A DNA stretch of 64,000 nt from NCBI GenBank assembly GCA_051294375.1, contig CM119264.1:2373631-2437630 (forward strand), given 5' to 3'. Shown here one piece after another: positions 49,761 to 64,000 of the stretch (positions are counted from its first letter, which is position 1; every line of letters begins with the position of its first letter). The position numbers were made by a program, and so were the translations under genes. Source of the stretch: Paraspadella gotoi (lineage: Eukaryota; Animalia; Chaetognatha). Under the pieces are notes generated by a model. That model was not told the DNA's origin. It saw only the letters and a program-made list of their open reading frames with translations, and did not search any database.

Positions 49761-52559
49761 GGTCAGAGCAATGGTCCTCCAGGCGAAGGGCGTTTGCGTG
49801 AAAGAGACGAAACTCTGGATGACGGAATCGCAGACGTGTGTGAACAGATGATCGACGAGAGTGAGAGAGAGAGGAAGCGAAAAAGAGGAAAAGTAGTACA
49901 CACGGTCGCACACACACACCCACACTCGACCGCCCCACACACAAACCAAAGAAGCAGACGTCGAAAACGAGAGAAGAGAAAAAGAAAAAAGACGCAATGA
50001 TCTTTTAGAAAGAAATATAAAGAAAAAAATCAACAAAAAGATTGCTTTTTAAATTTTTCTTTTTTTTTTAAAGAAAGGTCTTTAAAAGAAACTTTTTTGT
50101 TTCATGTTTTCTTGGACGTGGATGAATCATTGTCTAAAGGCTCTTTTGTTATTTGATCTTCTTTTTCGCTTCTCTCGTTCGGAGAGAAGGGCTCGAGCAA
50201 CGCCTATCGCGACGTGAATCATCTCGGGGGGGAACTTGACGACAAAAAAAAAAGAGACACGGCAGAGAAGAGCTAGAGAGAGAGATAGATAGAAGGAGAG
50301 ATGGACCCTTTTCCTGTTCGCTCTTCATTCTTCCTTTTTTTTTCAATTCTCAATCACTTTTTTTATCTCATCTTCTTTTGTCTCTATGATTCTTAATTTC
50401 TTTTCTTGATATTTTTAAATTGAATATATACTTTGTTATAGTCCAGCTATACTCATAGCTCATAGAAGTTTTAAACAACAGTTCTCGGTTACTGTACTTT
50501 TTCCTCAGAATCTTTGACATTAATTTTTTTAAGTAATTGCATTTTTCATTTTCAGATATTCAAATATTTTTGTGTTGCAGCTTCTTTAAATATTTTTCTT
50601 CAGATCTCAGTCATTTTCAAATTCTCAAGTTATTGTTTTTCTTCCTCTGCATCTTTGAGTTTGACATTTCATTTTCCATTTCTCTCTTTTTCATCTCAAT
50701 GCCATCTCCACCAACGGCCGCCGTCTCAGAAGGCAGGATTTTGATTCCAAAGAAAATTATCTCTCTCTCTCTCTCTCTCTCTCGATTTCTCTAAAAAAAT
50801 TATTTCTTTCTTCATCTCTTCGTTCTTGATTCCGCTGATGAGAGAAGGTTTGCCCTTGTTTGCAGTTGTTAACCCCGATTCCACCAAAAGCTGGAAAACC
50901 AGAAATGGAACGTAGGACCTCTGATATTAACTGAGCTTTTGTGCAAATAAAAGACGAGAATTTTTTCGGGTTTGAAAAAAAAAAAAAAAACGTTAAAATT
51001 CCACATTTTGTTCTCTTCTCGTCCTGATTTTCTTCCCTGGCAATTTCCCCATGCCGCAATTTAAAAATAGTTTCTGGAGGGAACTCTTACATTTTTACAA
51101 AGTCTTTGAGCAAACACTCGAAATAAAGATAAACACGTCTCGAATAAGAGAAGCGTAGAATGGATGACTTCTTTCCATCTCTCTGTCTTTCTCTCCTCCC
51201 CCCCTCCTCTCCATTCCACTTCCTCCTTGATCCCATGCTTCCCAAAGTTGACAGAGTTACGCATCTCTTTGCGAAAGGTTGAGGGGCAGAAGAGGGCAAA
51301 AAGGGGCAGAAGGGGGGCAGAGGGGATGACTCGAGAAAGAATCCTGTTGGCTTCTTAAGTCGTCTCTCTCCCTTCCCCCCCCCCTTCTCCATTTCTCTCC
51401 CTTTCCAGATTCATTTCATTTAAAAGAAAAACAATTTCCTTTTTTTTTTATTATCCGGGTCTTTTTTTTTTCGCGTAGCTCGCCGCTTTTTTCCAATTAG
51501 CATTCCATATCTTTGAGGGAGGAAGACCGAGAACCAGGACTCGTGAGAAAAGAGAGAGGGAAAGGGGAAACTATTTTGAACGAAAGGAGAAAGTCTCGAA
51601 GGTCGTTAACTTTTTTTTGGTGCGGTTATTATTATTTTTAAATTTAAGAGAGACGGTTTCTCCCCCCCCCCGCTTCTTGAGAAGCGAGAAAAGGCGCATA
51701 TGCACACACAGGCGTACACAATACACACAGAGAAAAAATCTCATCAATGAAGAAGCTGAGCCTTTATTTGCTTTTCCCTGCCTCGTCACTGTGCTCTCCA
51801 CGAATATTAGTCCTCCTTTTAAACCCATTATGGACTTTTGTATACTATTTATTCTTTAAAAACTTAGCAACAACGGTAGTTTTTTCTTGTTGGTACATAA
51901 AAAATAACTTGAATCAAACGAACGAAGTAAAAAGTTAAATGTTCTTGATAGATACGAGAGCGATGCACACACGTCAACAAATCACTGTATAATCTAGAGC
52001 AGCGAATTTAATGTACTTGTAAAAGGAACTCGGGGGGGGGGGGTTAGGAGTAAACTTGTAAAATATGATGCGTCAACACGATTATATGAATTTAAAAGTG
52101 GGAATCGATTCTTATCATTCAGGATTTAAGCAAATTTCCACAATTTTGAATAATAATTGAGTAATAATTGTACGATAAAAATCTATTCACCAATAAAATT
52201 TGAAAACAAAAAAAGCGCAACCACTAAAATGTTTCATGAACATTCAAAAATTTTAGGCAATCAACCTTTGGATTTTTTTCAAAATATAACTAAAACAAAA
52301 AACACATAAGCGAGATTCGAAAGAAAAATGATGAAATGAAAATGACGGATCAAAAAAATAACTTCTATTGATGAAGGCATAAGTAGAATGTTTTACCTGC
52401 GGATATATATCTGGATGGAAGCAAAAAAAACAAAACAAAAAAAAACTATAAAACCTAAGCCTGACAACGAAAAATAAAAATTAAGATGAGAGACCCTCCC
52501 GGACTCGAAAAGTTGGATGACGTTGCCATGGTGAATGGTGATGTTGTCTTTGTTATTGT

Positions 52560-63449
<10,890 letters not shown>

Positions 63450-64000
63450 TTGTATCGCGGCGGGGGGGGGCGGTGGTTTGGATTGGGGGGATAGGACAAG
63501 CTAAAGGAAGGGCCGTGGGGGAAAGGCGAAGGGGCAATTGGCCGGGAGAAATAAGGGTTGGGGCGGGGCGAAAGGCACAATGGGGAGTAACGAAGAGAGT
63601 TACTGCTTTTGAGCTTTTGATTTCTGGTCGAGTATCATATGGAAGGCACTTGCACGGAAGGCAGAGGTTTCGTCCATCAAATGGAGAAAAAGTAAATTCA
63701 ATACGTTCCCGTTTACATGGTGAAAAACGTTTGCGCGTTTGGTTCTTTAGGCACAGTGGGATTTTGTTTGTTTTTTAGTTCTTTTCTAAGCAAAAATACA
63801 TTAAAAATGAGCATTGAAGTAATCTCAGAAACAGGAGATCGAGCGAGTTGTGCCCGAGGATTATAGCGCGAGGAACAACGGGTTTAATAATCGACAGAGA
63901 CTAAAAATGGAACGGACTCATCTCGCGATAAAAGTAAAAGTACGTTTTTGGTTACTTAGCTGGAGAAACGTTCATAATGAACTAATCACATCGTAGATAG

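Overview
Nuclear DNA of an animal, most likely an invertebrate with a compact genome: standard genetic code, GC/CpG-rich exons, mostly 40-120 nt AT-rich GT-AG introns and many (GA)n tracts. No prokaryotic features were seen. By splicing exons manually I recognise: the 5' part of ataxin-2, Bax inhibitor-1 (the only + strand gene), a ClC-3/4/5 exchanger, RSBN1, a two-finger C2H2 protein with a long NLxS hexapeptide repeat, RIOK2, a poly-C2H2 zinc-finger gene, an orphan with a degenerate MADS-box-like N-terminus, lipoyl synthase, a DEX1-like FG-GAP membrane protein, a CBM14-MAM-LDLa-SRCR-trypsin mosaic protease and a LAR-type receptor phosphatase. Repeats include a decayed non-LTR RT fragment, a HINE-like element, a ~265-bp dispersed family, a tRNA-type SINE, foldback/palindromic elements and a degenerate hammerhead motif. 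Most notable: (1) five co-oriented genes separated by only 103-239 nt, an operon-like arrangement suggesting polycistronic transcription with trans-splicing; (2) the MADS-like orphan inside that cluster; (3) a CCAAT-TATA-Inr unit whose small ORF reads through a CCA-ended tRNA-Leu 3' half; (4) the zinc finger plus hexapeptide-repeat protein. Apparent single-base frameshifts in ataxin-2 and BI-1 suggest local homopolymer consensus errors. Gene identities rest on remembered family motifs, not database searches; exon boundaries are manual.
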